Shown here: piece after piece, positions 17,242 through 27,200 of the stretch
Layout of the letters: each line of letters starts with the position of its first letter
How positions within the stretch are numbered: position 1 is the stretch's first letter
IMG/VR virus record: IMGVR_UViG_3300024355_000518
Coordinates: 1-56,904 of that record
DNA from: a virus
Lineage: Duplodnaviria > Caudoviricetes
Length of the DNA: 56,904 bases
Strand: one strand, 5' to 3'
Made by a program: the position numbers and the translations under genes
The notes under the pieces: model-generated
Databases searched by the model: none
Seen by the model: the letters and a program-made list of their open reading frames with translations, nothing else
What the model was told of the DNA's origin: nothing

Positions 17242-18162
17242 ATGGCAACATCATTAACTAGATATCTCAAACTAAAAATTGATAGCGCGTTATCAAGCGA
17301 TGCCAAATATAACTTGAACAAGATTGATAGCTTGGGAGCTAGTGGATTGCCGGACAATACTGGGCAAGTCAATATTCGCTCCGCTGCTAATATCCTTATC
17401 GAAGCGGAATCTCCCGATGTAGGCGGTTTGGGTAATGGTACCGGTGTAGTTCAAGTAGGGGAAAACGATAATAAGGCTGAAGTTCTTTTTTACTCGACCT
17501 CATTCAAAGTATCGTCTCCTATTCAGACAAAGAATACTTATAGTGGAAGTACCAATTACTTATCGATTACTTACAATAGTAATGATAATACAGATAGGAC
17601 GCTAACCATCGATGTCAGTGGTAACAACCGTACCTTAACTATAGCCGATAGTGGTACAATAGTAACGAAAGACGGTAGTAATAGCTTTAGTGCTGGTACC
17701 ATTACCGCTACCTTTGTTGGTTCCCTTACTGGCAACGTTACTGGTAACGCTACCAATGTAAGTGGAGTGGTAGCTATAGCGAATGGCGGTACCGGGGCAA
17801 CTACGGCAACTGCTGCCATCAATGCGTTACTCCCCTCTCAAAGTGGGAATGCCGATAAGATACTGAAAACAAACGGTACTAACGTTTCGTGGGCCGAGCC
17901 GGCAACGGGACAAGTGCAAACTGATGTCGTTACTTGGCTAAGTGGTACGTATGATGGGACTACTACCGAAGACGGAATTACCTTTTACACAAAAAGTGTT
18001 ACACATACCGTTAATACGGAGAATGTAGATGTAACTATCCGTAATGAAAACAACCAAATAATATACCTTGACATTGAAGTCATTTCGAGTAATAATATAC
18101 AATTAACCAGTTCAGAAATTCCAGTAGGTAACTGGACAATCACCATACAAGGGGCACCATAA
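17242..18162 (+). CDS. Tail fibre-like protein 1
   Basis: GSLTGNVTGNA and ANGGTGAT..AINALLPSQ fibre motifs. Confidence 0.7.
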   Translation: MATSLTRYLKLKIDSALSSDAKYNLNKIDSLGASGLPDNTGQVNIRSAANILIEAESPDVGGLGNGTGVVQVGENDNKAEVLFYSTSFKVSSPIQTKNTYSGSTNYLSITYNSNDNTDRTLTIDVSGNNRTLTIADSGTIVTKDGSNSFSAGTITATFVGSLTGNVTGNATNVSGVVAIANGGTGATTATAAINALLPSQSGNADKILKTNGTNVSWAEPATGQVQTDVVTWLSGTYDGTTTEDGITFYTKSVTHTVNTENVDVTIRNENNQIIYLDIEVISSNNIQLTSSEIPVGNWTITIQGAP

Positions 18163-19139
18163 TGATTTTTCTAGGCATCATCAAAAGAATTGTCGGCTTA
18201 TGGTTTCGTAAAGATTCTCGGGATATCAAAATTATCCCTAACCAGAATACGTACACGGGAGTCACCACTTTCGAATTGCCAAAAAGAACTTCCGGTTCGG
18301 GCACTTTGGTAGGGGAAAGTGAAACGCAAACCCTCACTAATAAAACAATCGATGCCGGATTTAATACGATAAGCGGTATCAGTAATACCCATATCGCATC
18401 GGGTGCCGCTATCAATCCGACCAAACTCAACGCGGTTGATGGACTCAACAATGAAGTAAGTATTTCTGCTGCCGAGTTAGGTACCCTTGACGGCGTCAGT
18501 AGTAATATTCAAACTCAGCTTAATGCTAAGGAAAGCTCTGCTAACAAAGGGGTCGCTAACGGGTACGCCTCCTTGGATAGCAGTGGCAAGATACCCACTT
18601 CTCAACTACCTACTTCCGCTATGGAATACAAAGGTACGTGGAACGTGGCAACTAATACCCCAGCATTGGCTGACGGTACCGGCGATACCGGCGATATTTA
18701 CATCGTCTCTACCGGCGGAACCATCAACCTCGGTTCGGGAAGTATTACTTTTGCAGCTGGTGATTGGGCTGTATACAATGGTTCCACTTGGCAAAAATCA
18801 ATCAACTCGAATGCAGTCGCTTCCGTTAACGGATATACCGGCGTCGTCAGCTTGACCACTTCTGATATCTCTGAGGGAACTAACCTCTATTATACTGATG
18901 CCAAAGTAGATAGCCGATTTGTCACTTACAAATATGGTACCGATTGGACCAGTGGTACCACCAAATTAGTAAATCACAACCTCGGTACTAGAGAAGTGAA
19001 AGCAGTGATATACGAGATTGATAGTAAAGAAGAAATTTATGTAGACTATATCCAACACACCGATGACAACAATCTTACTTTTGCCTCATCGCAAGCTCCG
19101 AGCGGTAGCGGGTGGCGAGTAGTAATCTCTAAGATGTAA
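18162..19139 (+). CDS. Tail fibre-like protein 2
   Basis: QTLTNKT, LDGVSSNIQTQL, GYASLDSSGKIP..QLP, YKGTWN, VASVNGYTGVV and EGTNLYYTD fibre motifs. Confidence 0.75.
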   Translation: MIFLGIIKRIVGLWFRKDSRDIKIIPNQNTYTGVTTFELPKRTSGSGTLVGESETQTLTNKTIDAGFNTISGISNTHIASGAAINPTKLNAVDGLNNEVSISAAELGTLDGVSSNIQTQLNAKESSANKGVANGYASLDSSGKIPTSQLPTSAMEYKGTWNVATNTPALADGTGDTGDIYIVSTGGTINLGSGSITFAAGDWAVYNGSTWQKSINSNAVASVNGYTGVVSLTTSDISEGTNLYYTDAKVDSRFVTYKYGTDWTSGTTKLVNHNLGTREVKAVIYEIDSKEEIYVDYIQHTDDNNLTFASSQAPSGSGWRVVISKM

Positions 19140-19164
19140 AGTTCGGCTAGCATTTAGCCGATAT
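19137..19164 (+). promoter_or_regulatory. sigma-28-type promoter on the + strand upstream of the S74 tail fibre, overlapped by an inverted repeat
   Basis: TAAAGTTC-N12-GCCGATAT; TCGGCTA-GCATT-TAGCCGA palindrome spans 19143-19161. Confidence 0.6.
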
Positions 19165-19232
19165 GTATCATGAGTCGGACATGGTGTCCGACTAGGATAA
19201 CGGGACAGCAATCCCTATAGAAAGGTAACAAC

Positions 19233-20933
19233 ATGAAGCTATTTGGAAGTTTGAAGGAACTAGTATCAGTAGTGTTCCGGAAAGACGGGAAAGAAGTAAC
19301 ATTAGAAGTAGGAACACAAGCTGGAACAGCCACTTCTCGCGTCTTTACTTTACCTGATATCAACAGTAACAGTCCCGTTGCTCACGAGCTCCTTACCGAA
19401 AATTCAGTTCAAGATGTAACTAACAAAACTATTGACGCGGATTTAAACACAATCACCAATATTGAAAACGCCGATATTAAAGCCGGTGCCGCTATTGATG
19501 CCACTAAGATTGGCAGTGGCACTGTTAGTAATACCGAGTTTGGTTACCTTGATGGAGTGTCTTCCGCTATCCAAACACAGCTTAATGGTAAAGCTGCCAG
19601 TGGAGCCAATAGTGATATCACTTCATTGTCTGGACTTACGACAGCATTATCAATTGGCCAAGGCGGCACTGGACAAACTACCGCTAATGCCGCCCTCAAC
19701 GCTCTTCTTCCTTCTCAAAGTACAAATTCTGGAAAAGCACTGTTGACGGATGGTTCTAATGCCACCTGGCAAACTATACCCGCCAATGGCGGTACATTTC
19801 TAGCTGCTGATGGTTTAGTAGGTTCTCCTGGAATTTCCTTTAATCTTGACAGTGATACGGGATTGTATAGAACTGGAACAGGCGGCGTGGGATTTAGTTC
19901 AAACGCGACAAAAGCTGGAGAATATAATAACTCTGGTTCATGGATTTTGGGCATCTCGCAAGCTAGTAATGGGGGTAAACACCTTTTTTATGGTACCCAA
20001 GGAACGATAGCAAACCAAAACTACGTCCTTGAATTGCGGGCAAATGATACTTCAACTAGCGATGTTGTTATCCGTTACGGGCTGGACCGAGTCAACGGTC
20101 AAGGTTTTCAAGATGTTGCAATAGCAGGTGTCGGCGGTGGTGGGTACCGTTTTGCAGCGAATACGACCGATGTCGGTGGTCATACCAGTGGCGGTGCGTG
20201 GACATTAGGACCTAGTGCGGGAACAGTTTCTCAAGCCCATGAAATTCGCAGCGAGAATAACAATGTCGGATGTTTGAAAATAACTCAAAGAAGTACGACC
20301 AGTGGCCAATCGTATGGCTTAGACATTTCGGCTGGAACAAATAGTTCTGATGCTTCTCAAAGGTGGTATAACGCAGCTGGTAGCGCACTTCTTGGCACTG
20401 TAAAAGGGGATGGTGCTTGGACCTTAGGCTCCTCTTCCGGGTCAGCAATCCACCTCGTACAAGGTGGTGCCAACTCAGGAGCGGGAATTGGTGCCCCGCT
20501 AAACCTTTTGAATACAACAGGCGGTGTTGCTTGGCGAGTGGGACCGACAAACAACAACGGTTTCGTTGTCTTGAACTCTTCTGACGTCGGACTTTACATT
20601 ACAAATGGAGCAACTAGCTGGACTGGTACCTCCGATATCCGAGTGAAGAAAAATGTAGTAGATAGTGAATTCGGCTTACAAGAAGTAATGTCTTTACGTC
20701 CCGTCAAATTTGATTACACAATGGACAGCTCAGAAGAAAGTGCTCGCGTCGGATTCATTGCTCAAGAAGTGCACGCTGTTTTACCTCACGCCGCTTATAA
20801 GCCAAAGAACGAAGAAGAGATGATGGGTGTATCTCCCACAGAAATGATTCCCGTCCTCGTGAAAGCCGTTCAAGAACTGAAGCAGCAACTCGATGAAGCG
20901 AAAGCCAAAATAGCAGTATTAGAAAGTAAGTAA
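19233..20933 (+). CDS. Tail fibre / receptor-binding protein with C-terminal S74 intramolecular chaperone
   Basis: SDIRVKKNV...LRPVKFDY...GFIAQEV...LVKAVQEL chaperone domain after Gly-rich beta repeats. Confidence 0.88.
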   Translation: MKLFGSLKELVSVVFRKDGKEVTLEVGTQAGTATSRVFTLPDINSNSPVAHELLTENSVQDVTNKTIDADLNTITNIENADIKAGAAIDATKIGSGTVSNTEFGYLDGVSSAIQTQLNGKAASGANSDITSLSGLTTALSIGQGGTGQTTANAALNALLPSQSTNSGKALLTDGSNATWQTIPANGGTFLAADGLVGSPGISFNLDSDTGLYRTGTGGVGFSSNATKAGEYNNSGSWILGISQASNGGKHLFYGTQGTIANQNYVLELRANDTSTSDVVIRYGLDRVNGQGFQDVAIAGVGGGGYRFAANTTDVGGHTSGGAWTLGPSAGTVSQAHEIRSENNNVGCLKITQRSTTSGQSYGLDISAGTNSSDASQRWYNAAGSALLGTVKGDGAWTLGSSSGSAIHLVQGGANSGAGIGAPLNLLNTTGGVAWRVGPTNNNGFVVLNSSDVGLYITNGATSWTGTSDIRVKKNVVDSEFGLQEVMSLRPVKFDYTMDSSEESARVGFIAQEVHAVLPHAAYKPKNEEEMMGVSPTEMIPVLVKAVQELKQQLDEAKAKIAVLESK

Positions 20934-20942
20934 CCCCTTCTC

Positions 20943-20977
20943 GGCACCAGCCAACTCGGCTGGTGTCTTCCTTTTTC
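20943..20977 (+). terminator. Rho-independent terminator
   Basis: GGCACCAGCC-AACTC-GGCTGGTGTC followed by TTCCTTTTTT. Confidence 0.75.
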
Positions 20978-20992
20978 TCCCTTGAGCAATGT

Positions 20993-21823
20993 ATGAAATT
21001 ACCATGTTTTTTCCTTTTTACTGTATTATCATTCATCCTTGGCTGTGGAAAGGAACATGTTGATGGTACCTTGCGGCTGACCTTACAAGGGGAATACGAC
21101 AAAAAACTAGCCGAGTTGAAAGAGAAGACCAGCAATCATGTAGCGGGGTGGCCCTCTGATGACGATTGTGATGGTGCCTTGTGGGCCGGAGTAGCCCGCG
21201 CTGCCGGTGCCGAGTGGGTCGATGTATCGGCTGCCTTACAACCTGATGGGAGACCGACTAGGAAGCCTTTCAAAGATTGCATCATTCCCTCTGAATCGGC
21301 TTCTACCACTAGCAACGATATGATAACAGGCATCATTTTAGGACTATTAATCAATAAGGATGCCAAGTCAATATTATCCCTTTACCGGTATGGGGAAAGA
21401 AATAATTGGATAATGGGGGAACCGATAACGATGATAGCGAGGGTTTTACTCCGCCCCAATGGTATCATCCTGATGGCTCGCTCCTTGTACAAGCTATCTG
21501 ACGGCGGTATCGATTACCTCATCCGACTCAGTCCTACGGTATATGGACCGGTACAAAGTGACTACGAGGGACACCTCATCTTATTGTCCCGCTACATCAG
21601 CAAGTTGGCTGGCGGTCCCCAATACGGTACCGAAGTAGCAGAAACGTTGATATCACTCCGAGATGAGGGGGACGCCCTCGCGCAAGCGATGGCTAAGAAT
21701 TACTTTAAGTCGGCATCATTACTACTAAATAATTACAAGTCGCCCTCTTACGTCAGGGGACACGATAACTATCACCTCGTCCATTGGCTCCTGGCGGCTA
21801 ACATTGTTCTCAATAATACTTGA
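20993..21823 (+). CDS. Predicted lipoprotein of unknown function
   Basis: From ATG 20993: MKLPCFFLFTVLSFILG|C, a lipobox-like signal peptide, followed by a helical domain. Confidence 0.65.
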   Translation: MKLPCFFLFTVLSFILGCGKEHVDGTLRLTLQGEYDKKLAELKEKTSNHVAGWPSDDDCDGALWAGVARAAGAEWVDVSAALQPDGRPTRKPFKDCIIPSESASTTSNDMITGIILGLLINKDAKSILSLYRYGERNNWIMGEPITMIARVLLRPNGIILMARSLYKLSDGGIDYLIRLSPTVYGPVQSDYEGHLILLSRYISKLAGGPQYGTEVAETLISLRDEGDALAQAMAKNYFKSASLLLNNYKSPSYVRGHDNYHLVHWLLAANIVLNNT

Positions 21824-21848
21824 CACCTTTTATCTTTTCTGGTACGAT
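21820..21848 (+). promoter_or_regulatory. sigma-70-type promoter
   Basis: TTGACA-N17-TACGAT with an extended TG. Confidence 0.75.
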
Positions 21849-21881
21849 GAGTACATCCCCCTTTGACTGGAGACGGACCAA

Positions 21882-22106
21882 GTGGACTTCGAACAGCTAA
21901 AGAATCATTTTGATGGCAGGTTTGACCGATTAGAGGACAAGCTTGATGTTCATGACGAAAAGCTGACTAACCACTTGGAACGTCTCAGTAAAGCGGAGGA
22001 AGCTATCCAATGGCTCCGCGGTCATGTAAAGATAGTAACTACTTTAGGGATATCCGTTGCGGGATTCTTATTAACAGCATTATGGAATTACGTCATAAAG
22101 AGGTAA
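21882..22106 (+). CDS. Holin-like / XhlA-like small membrane protein
   Basis: N-terminal coiled coil plus one C-terminal transmembrane helix (IVTTLGISVAGFLLTALW). Confidence 0.55.
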   Translation: MDFEQLKNHFDGRFDRLEDKLDVHDEKLTNHLERLSKAEEAIQWLRGHVKIVTTLGISVAGFLLTALWNYVIKR

Positions 22107-22108
22107 TA

Positions 22109-22372
22109 ATGTTAAAGAAAATGAAGATGCCGAAGCCGAAACAAATCGCTCTTGACGAGATGGTTGGTGACGAGATGGCCGATGAAATGGCTGACGAAGA
22201 GATGGCTGACGAGATGGCCGGAGAAGAGATGGACGAGATGGAGGGAGAAGAGGAGAGCGAACTAGCCTCCCTCTCCGACGAAGAGCTCTTAGCCGAAGTC
22301 AAGAAACGCGGCCTCATGAGTCAGTTAGAAGAAGAGGAAGGGGAAGAAGCTGCCGAAGACGCTTACGTCTAA
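22109..22372 (+). CDS. Highly acidic small protein
   Basis: GAGG RBS before ATG 22109; DEMA repeats and LSDEELLAEVKKRG. Confidence 0.7.
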   Translation: MLKKMKMPKPKQIALDEMVGDEMADEMADEEMADEMAGEEMDEMEGEEESELASLSDEELLAEVKKRGLMSQLEEEEGEEAAEDAYV

Positions 22373-22412
22373 CCACAGATAAACCCGCTACTGCTTATAT
22401 ACAGGGGCAACT

Positions 22413-23390
22413 ATGAGTAGGATGTTATATACTACCGATGAATTGGTAACAGCCGTCCGTTCTCGTCTGGATGAGATGAATCGTGACTCGGTAGATACCA
22501 ATCGTGACATCTTACCCGCCCTCAATCGTGCTTTAGAATATGCCGTCGACATCTATTCGAGACATTATCCGGACCCCTTCCTAGCTTACACCGTACTAGA
22601 CTTGAACGGTTCCGACCAAGACTACGATATCCCTGGTAATGTGTATGAAGACAGGATTGTCCGTATCGAGATAAAGACCTCTCGTAACACTTACCGCGAA
22701 GTGACGAGAATCTTGTATCGAGATGTGGTCAATTATGAGACGGATGGCAGTACAGCTATCCCTTACTATTATACTATAGTGGGGAGAAAGATACACTTTG
22801 TTCCGTCCCCTAGCGGTACTTACGATGCCAGACTGTGGTATATCAAAGAGCCGGAGCCATTAGTATTACAACAGGGCAGGATAACGAGAGTTAATGTAGC
22901 AGGTAACTACGTTGTTGTTGATAGTGTAGGCAATGACCTCACTACGGAATCGGACCAACTCAATAATTACGTCAATATTATTAATGGACAAACTGGCGAA
23001 GTTCGGGGAACTTTACAAATTGCATCGATTGATGGCGGCCGTATCACATTCCGCTCTACTTTGAGTAGGAGTACCGTAGTCGGATTGCCAGTATCGGCAT
23101 CATTAACCGGTATCGGTGCCGCAGATGATGACTACATTTGTGTAGCTGAAGGTACCTGTATCCCATATCTCGGTGCCCCGACTAGTAACTTCCTCATCCA
23201 ATTTGCCGTAGCAGAGATATCGAGACAACTCGGACTTAATTCCATAGAAGAAGAGCAGATATTGGATAAGTTTGAAAAACAAGTACAAAAGACGTGGGCA
23301 GGGAGGGAGACTACCATTCGCGTTGCTAAACGAAGTCAAGCTTTCGGTGTCCCCATCCGACCCTGGTTTACTGTAACGAGAGGTAGATGA
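22413..23390 (+). CDS. Head-tail adaptor / tail tubular protein A-like
   Basis: Podovirus adaptor pattern (ELVTAVRSRLDE..LNRA...PYYYTIVG.KIHFVPSP) and position before the large tail protein. Confidence 0.65.
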   Translation: MSRMLYTTDELVTAVRSRLDEMNRDSVDTNRDILPALNRALEYAVDIYSRHYPDPFLAYTVLDLNGSDQDYDIPGNVYEDRIVRIEIKTSRNTYREVTRILYRDVVNYETDGSTAIPYYYTIVGRKIHFVPSPSGTYDARLWYIKEPEPLVLQQGRITRVNVAGNYVVVDSVGNDLTTESDQLNNYVNIINGQTGEVRGTLQIASIDGGRITFRSTLSRSTVVGLPVSASLTGIGAADDDYICVAEGTCIPYLGAPTSNFLIQFAVAEISRQLGLNSIEEEQILDKFEKQVQKTWAGRETTIRVAKRSQAFGVPIRPWFTVTRGR

Positions 23391-23638
23391 TGGCCAGCGT
23401 GAAAGACTTAAAGGATAGGATGCCTTGCAACAAGCCAACTCGCGATGTCCAAGGCGGCAAAAAGTTTCGAGTCAAAGCTTGCAAGGACGGCAAAGAGAAG
23501 ATAATTCGCTTCGGCGATGCCAATATGGAAATCAAGAAAGACAATCCAGAACGGAGGAAATCTTTCCGAGCTCGCCACAAGTGTGACCAAAAAAAGGATA
23601 AGATGACGGCAGGTTATTGGAGCTGTAAAAAGTGGTAG
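23387..23638 (+). CDS. Conserved small basic phage protein (RFGD...[10 protein letters not shown]...AGYWSCKKW family)
   Basis: Motif recalled from many phage genomes; function unknown. Confidence 0.7.
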   Translation: MMASVKDLKDRMPCNKPTRDVQGGKKFRVKACKDGKEKIIRFGDANMEIKKDNPERRKSFRARHKCDQKKDKMTAGYWSCKKW

Positions 23639-23673
23639 CCGGTTGTCAATGTAACAAGTGTGAGGAAAAAAAG

Positions 23674-23820
23674 ATGCCACTAAAAAAAGGTTCATCAGAT
23701 AAAACGGTTAGCAGAAATATCAGCAAATTGCGAGAAGAAGGCTACCCCCAAAAGCAAGCGGTAGCCATCTCTTTACAAAAAGCTGGGAAGTCGTATAAGG
23801 ACAAGGGTAAAAAGAAATGA
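23674..23820 (+). CDS. Conserved small basic protein ([17 protein letters not shown]...[11 protein letters not shown])
   Basis: Widely seen short phage motif; GAGG RBS before ATG 23674. Confidence 0.7.
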   Translation: MPLKKGSSDKTVSRNISKLREEGYPQKQAVAISLQKAGKSYKDKGKKK

Positions 23821-24242
23821 ACGTGTTACTCAAAATTGCTACCATGCTAAGGGCGGGGCAGCTGTATGCTCACCATGCCCACAACAATGTCAAAGGTAGC
23901 ACCTTCTTTACTGACCACGCTTTTTTTGGCGAGCTGTATCCCACCTATGAAACGGCATTTGATGGTTGCATCGAACGATACATGGGCACTTGTGATAAGC
24001 CGGCTGACACCATTGCTATCAGCAAGGAAGCTATCGACTTGATAGAAGATTTCCCCAAAGAGGGCGGAGAGGGGAATCGGGCATTTTATCAAGCATTACT
24101 CCGATTCGAGTCAACTCTCTGCTCAATGTGCGAGAAAGCGGTAACCTTGCCCATGTCGGAAGGTACCAAGCAAATGATAGGTACTTTGGCTGACGAATCA
24201 GAAATACGCCAATATAAAATGAAACAACGACTGAAACCATAA
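23817..24242 (+). CDS. Ferritin/Dps-like protein
   Basis: [23 protein letters not shown]...DGCIER resembles the Dps motif HWNVKG..F...H..F.E.Y...D..AER. Confidence 0.75.
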   Translation: MNVLLKIATMLRAGQLYAHHAHNNVKGSTFFTDHAFFGELYPTYETAFDGCIERYMGTCDKPADTIAISKEAIDLIEDFPKEGGEGNRAFYQALLRFESTLCSMCEKAVTLPMSEGTKQMIGTLADESEIRQYKMKQRLKP

Positions 24243-24253
24243 CATGGTGATAT

Positions 24254-27200
24254 ATGCCGTATCAATATACTGTAGTTGACGAAAAAGCATTCCCTTACGG
24301 CATTGATGCCCGTTCTGCTGAAAACCAGATTCGAGAAGGATTCATTCGCGATTTAGTGAATGCCGATATTATTGAGGGTCGCATCAGGAAGAGGAAGGGT
24401 TTCTTCTCTTACGCGGGTAACGTTCCGGTAAGGGTAACCTCTCTCCGATATGAAAATCCCAACAAGATATACTTTACTTTAGACAGTAGCATAGATTTGA
24501 GTAGGGTATCTTCTACTCCGCTAATCGCCTATGGGAGGAGTAATCTTTCCGCTACTACTAATCCCTTTCCTAGTAGTGGCGGACTCCGATATTACCCCTC
24601 GTGGGAGACCTCATTACGAAAGGTATTCTTAGCCAATACTACGGGAAGTATCTCCTCTCTCCAAGTTGAACACAATATCTCGACCACTAATATGTTTGTC
24701 GGCCTCGCCCTCAGTACGGGAAGTGGTACCAATTTGAGTGGGGAACTGATATCGGCTACCGACATCGTAATCAATAATAGCACGTATGACGTTACTGTCG
24801 ATTATACCAACGGTACCAATTCGGCTAAAAATGTCTTCCTCTATTACTTGGACCAGAGTCCGGTAGCCGGTTCCGTTTACGTTCAACCCGGTTCCTTGAG
24901 TAGTGGTAACAATACTTTTACCATTCCTGCTGCCACCCACAATTTGAGCAATTACCTCATTACACCGCAAGTATACGTTCGCCCCACGGGAGGGAATTGG
25001 GTACAAACTACTCCCGATTTATTTGAAATAGATACCAGCAACGGCGGAGTAGAGGTACAATTAAACAACATCAATACTGCCGTTTACAATGAGTACAAGA
25101 TAATCCTTTCCATCGTGGGTTCCACGCAAGCGGTAAACGTTTCCCTCAATGTCGGTACCAACACTATCACGATACCAGATATCCAAAGTCCTTTCCTTTT
25201 CCCCGCCCTCTATACTAGAAGTGGCAATATCCTTTCCTTAGTTCAGCCGGATGTCATTTCCTTTGATGACGACACTAAACTACTATCAATTAGTTATACT
25301 AATAATAGTGGTGCCTTATCTGGTGCCTTCTATTATACTTACGGTAATATTAGGACGAATGAAATATCCGTTACGGAAAGTGGTTCCCCCAATTTGACTA
25401 CCGGTACCGATACCTCTCCCCAGCTAACGTTATGGGGATTAGACCATGCCGATATTTATGGTAGTGGGAAGCAAGTAAATAGGCGGGGGTGGGTCAATCA
25501 TATCGACTCTTATCGGTCACCAAGTACTACACATTTGGTAGCCGGATTGGGAGGCAACTTCTTTGCCGCATTGGGTAGGGGAGAGATGCCGTCCCTATTA
25601 CAGCCATCAATACCAACATATTACGCCCGGTTACAAGGAAGGCTATCTTCCCTAACTGATATCGGTCCCGCCTTTTGCGATAATAGTACTCCAGTAGCGA
25701 GGACAAGGGGATATGCATCATTCTCCTCCGGCGGTACCAACTGGGCCACAATAACAAAAATTCAGCATCAATCAGGGCAAACGGTAAGATATTACCTCTC
25801 GATGCCGGGACTGGCTATCACTGGTGGCTCCACTTTAGCTGACATCATTTCAACTACTTCCGGACTAGAGGACTACCTCACTGTCAAAAACATGTCGCAC
25901 AGTAAACACAATGGCACCTTTAAGGTAGTCAATGTTAGTACTTTAGTGGGCGATAACCAATACATCGATGTCATCAATTCTGCTATCACTACCTCCGATT
26001 ATGACGATGACGGTACCAGGGGACTAGGTGGCATCTTCACTGACCACTTGACCTTTACCTCTACTAATGAGTTTGTTGAAGGCGATTTACTCCTTTCCTC
26101 TTCGTGGGGCAATGAAACGGAACTTGTAATAAAGTCAACTTCTGCCCTTACTTCAGTGGTTCAAAACGTATATAGTTATCGAGAACTATCTTCTGGCCTC
26201 CTCATCACGGGACAGAGGACGTCTGACGTTATCCCTTTACGAACTGCTGCTAATTCCCCCTCTACGGAGTATGTGGTCAAAGGTGACATCCTCCTCACTC
26301 CAGCAGTTCCTTATCCAGTACAAATAGTAAGTATCGATACTGTCAACAATAAGGTTACTGTAGACAGTCCCTTGTCCTTTTATGATGATGCCGCCAATAG
26401 TATTCCCTTCACTATATTCAAGAGGTGGATACCTAGAGAGATGCCGTTAAAGGATAACGGTGACAATCTCATCAATGACAAGATACCATTTTATTTTACT
26501 AATGATGGATATGATAATCAATCCTTCTTACGCTCCGCCATGGTACAAAACAATATGTACCTTACTAACGGCAGGGATGAAGTATACAAATATGATGGTA
26601 ACTCGATATATCGAGCTGGTATCATACCTTGGCAGCCCGGACTCTTTTCCACAGTAGAAGCTACAACAGCCGGTATTGCCCTAGCTCCGGCGGTGGCTAA
26701 CGATGGTGGTGGTGGGGCCGTAATAGACCTTTTAGGTAGCAGGATAAAGATTGATAAAACGCAAGCGGCATTTTTTAGTGATGGGGATACAGTACTAATA
26801 ACAGATGGTACCTTAAGTCCGGTAGCACGTTATTACGTTACTATAGCGTCTCGTGAATTGGAAGATACCGGCAATCATTATCTTTTCTCCTTCAAGGAAC
26901 CGCTACCCTTTACCACTCTCGGTTCTGGTGCTACCGTCACCATGTCAAAGGTATATCAGGCGAGATATTACTTCCGCCTCAATATCAGAGATGAGAATGG
27001 GGTAACAATATCGTCTGCCGTTACCGGGGCAGGAGATTTCTACAACAGGATATCGCCAACCGATACCGCACCCAATCAACAAAAAGTTCATATAAGACTA
27101 GTTGGATTACCAGCGTGGGACAATTACGATTACAATAATAAGAACATCGAGTTAGAGATATACCGTACCAAGTGGGCCTCATCAGAAATATCTGTTCCCA

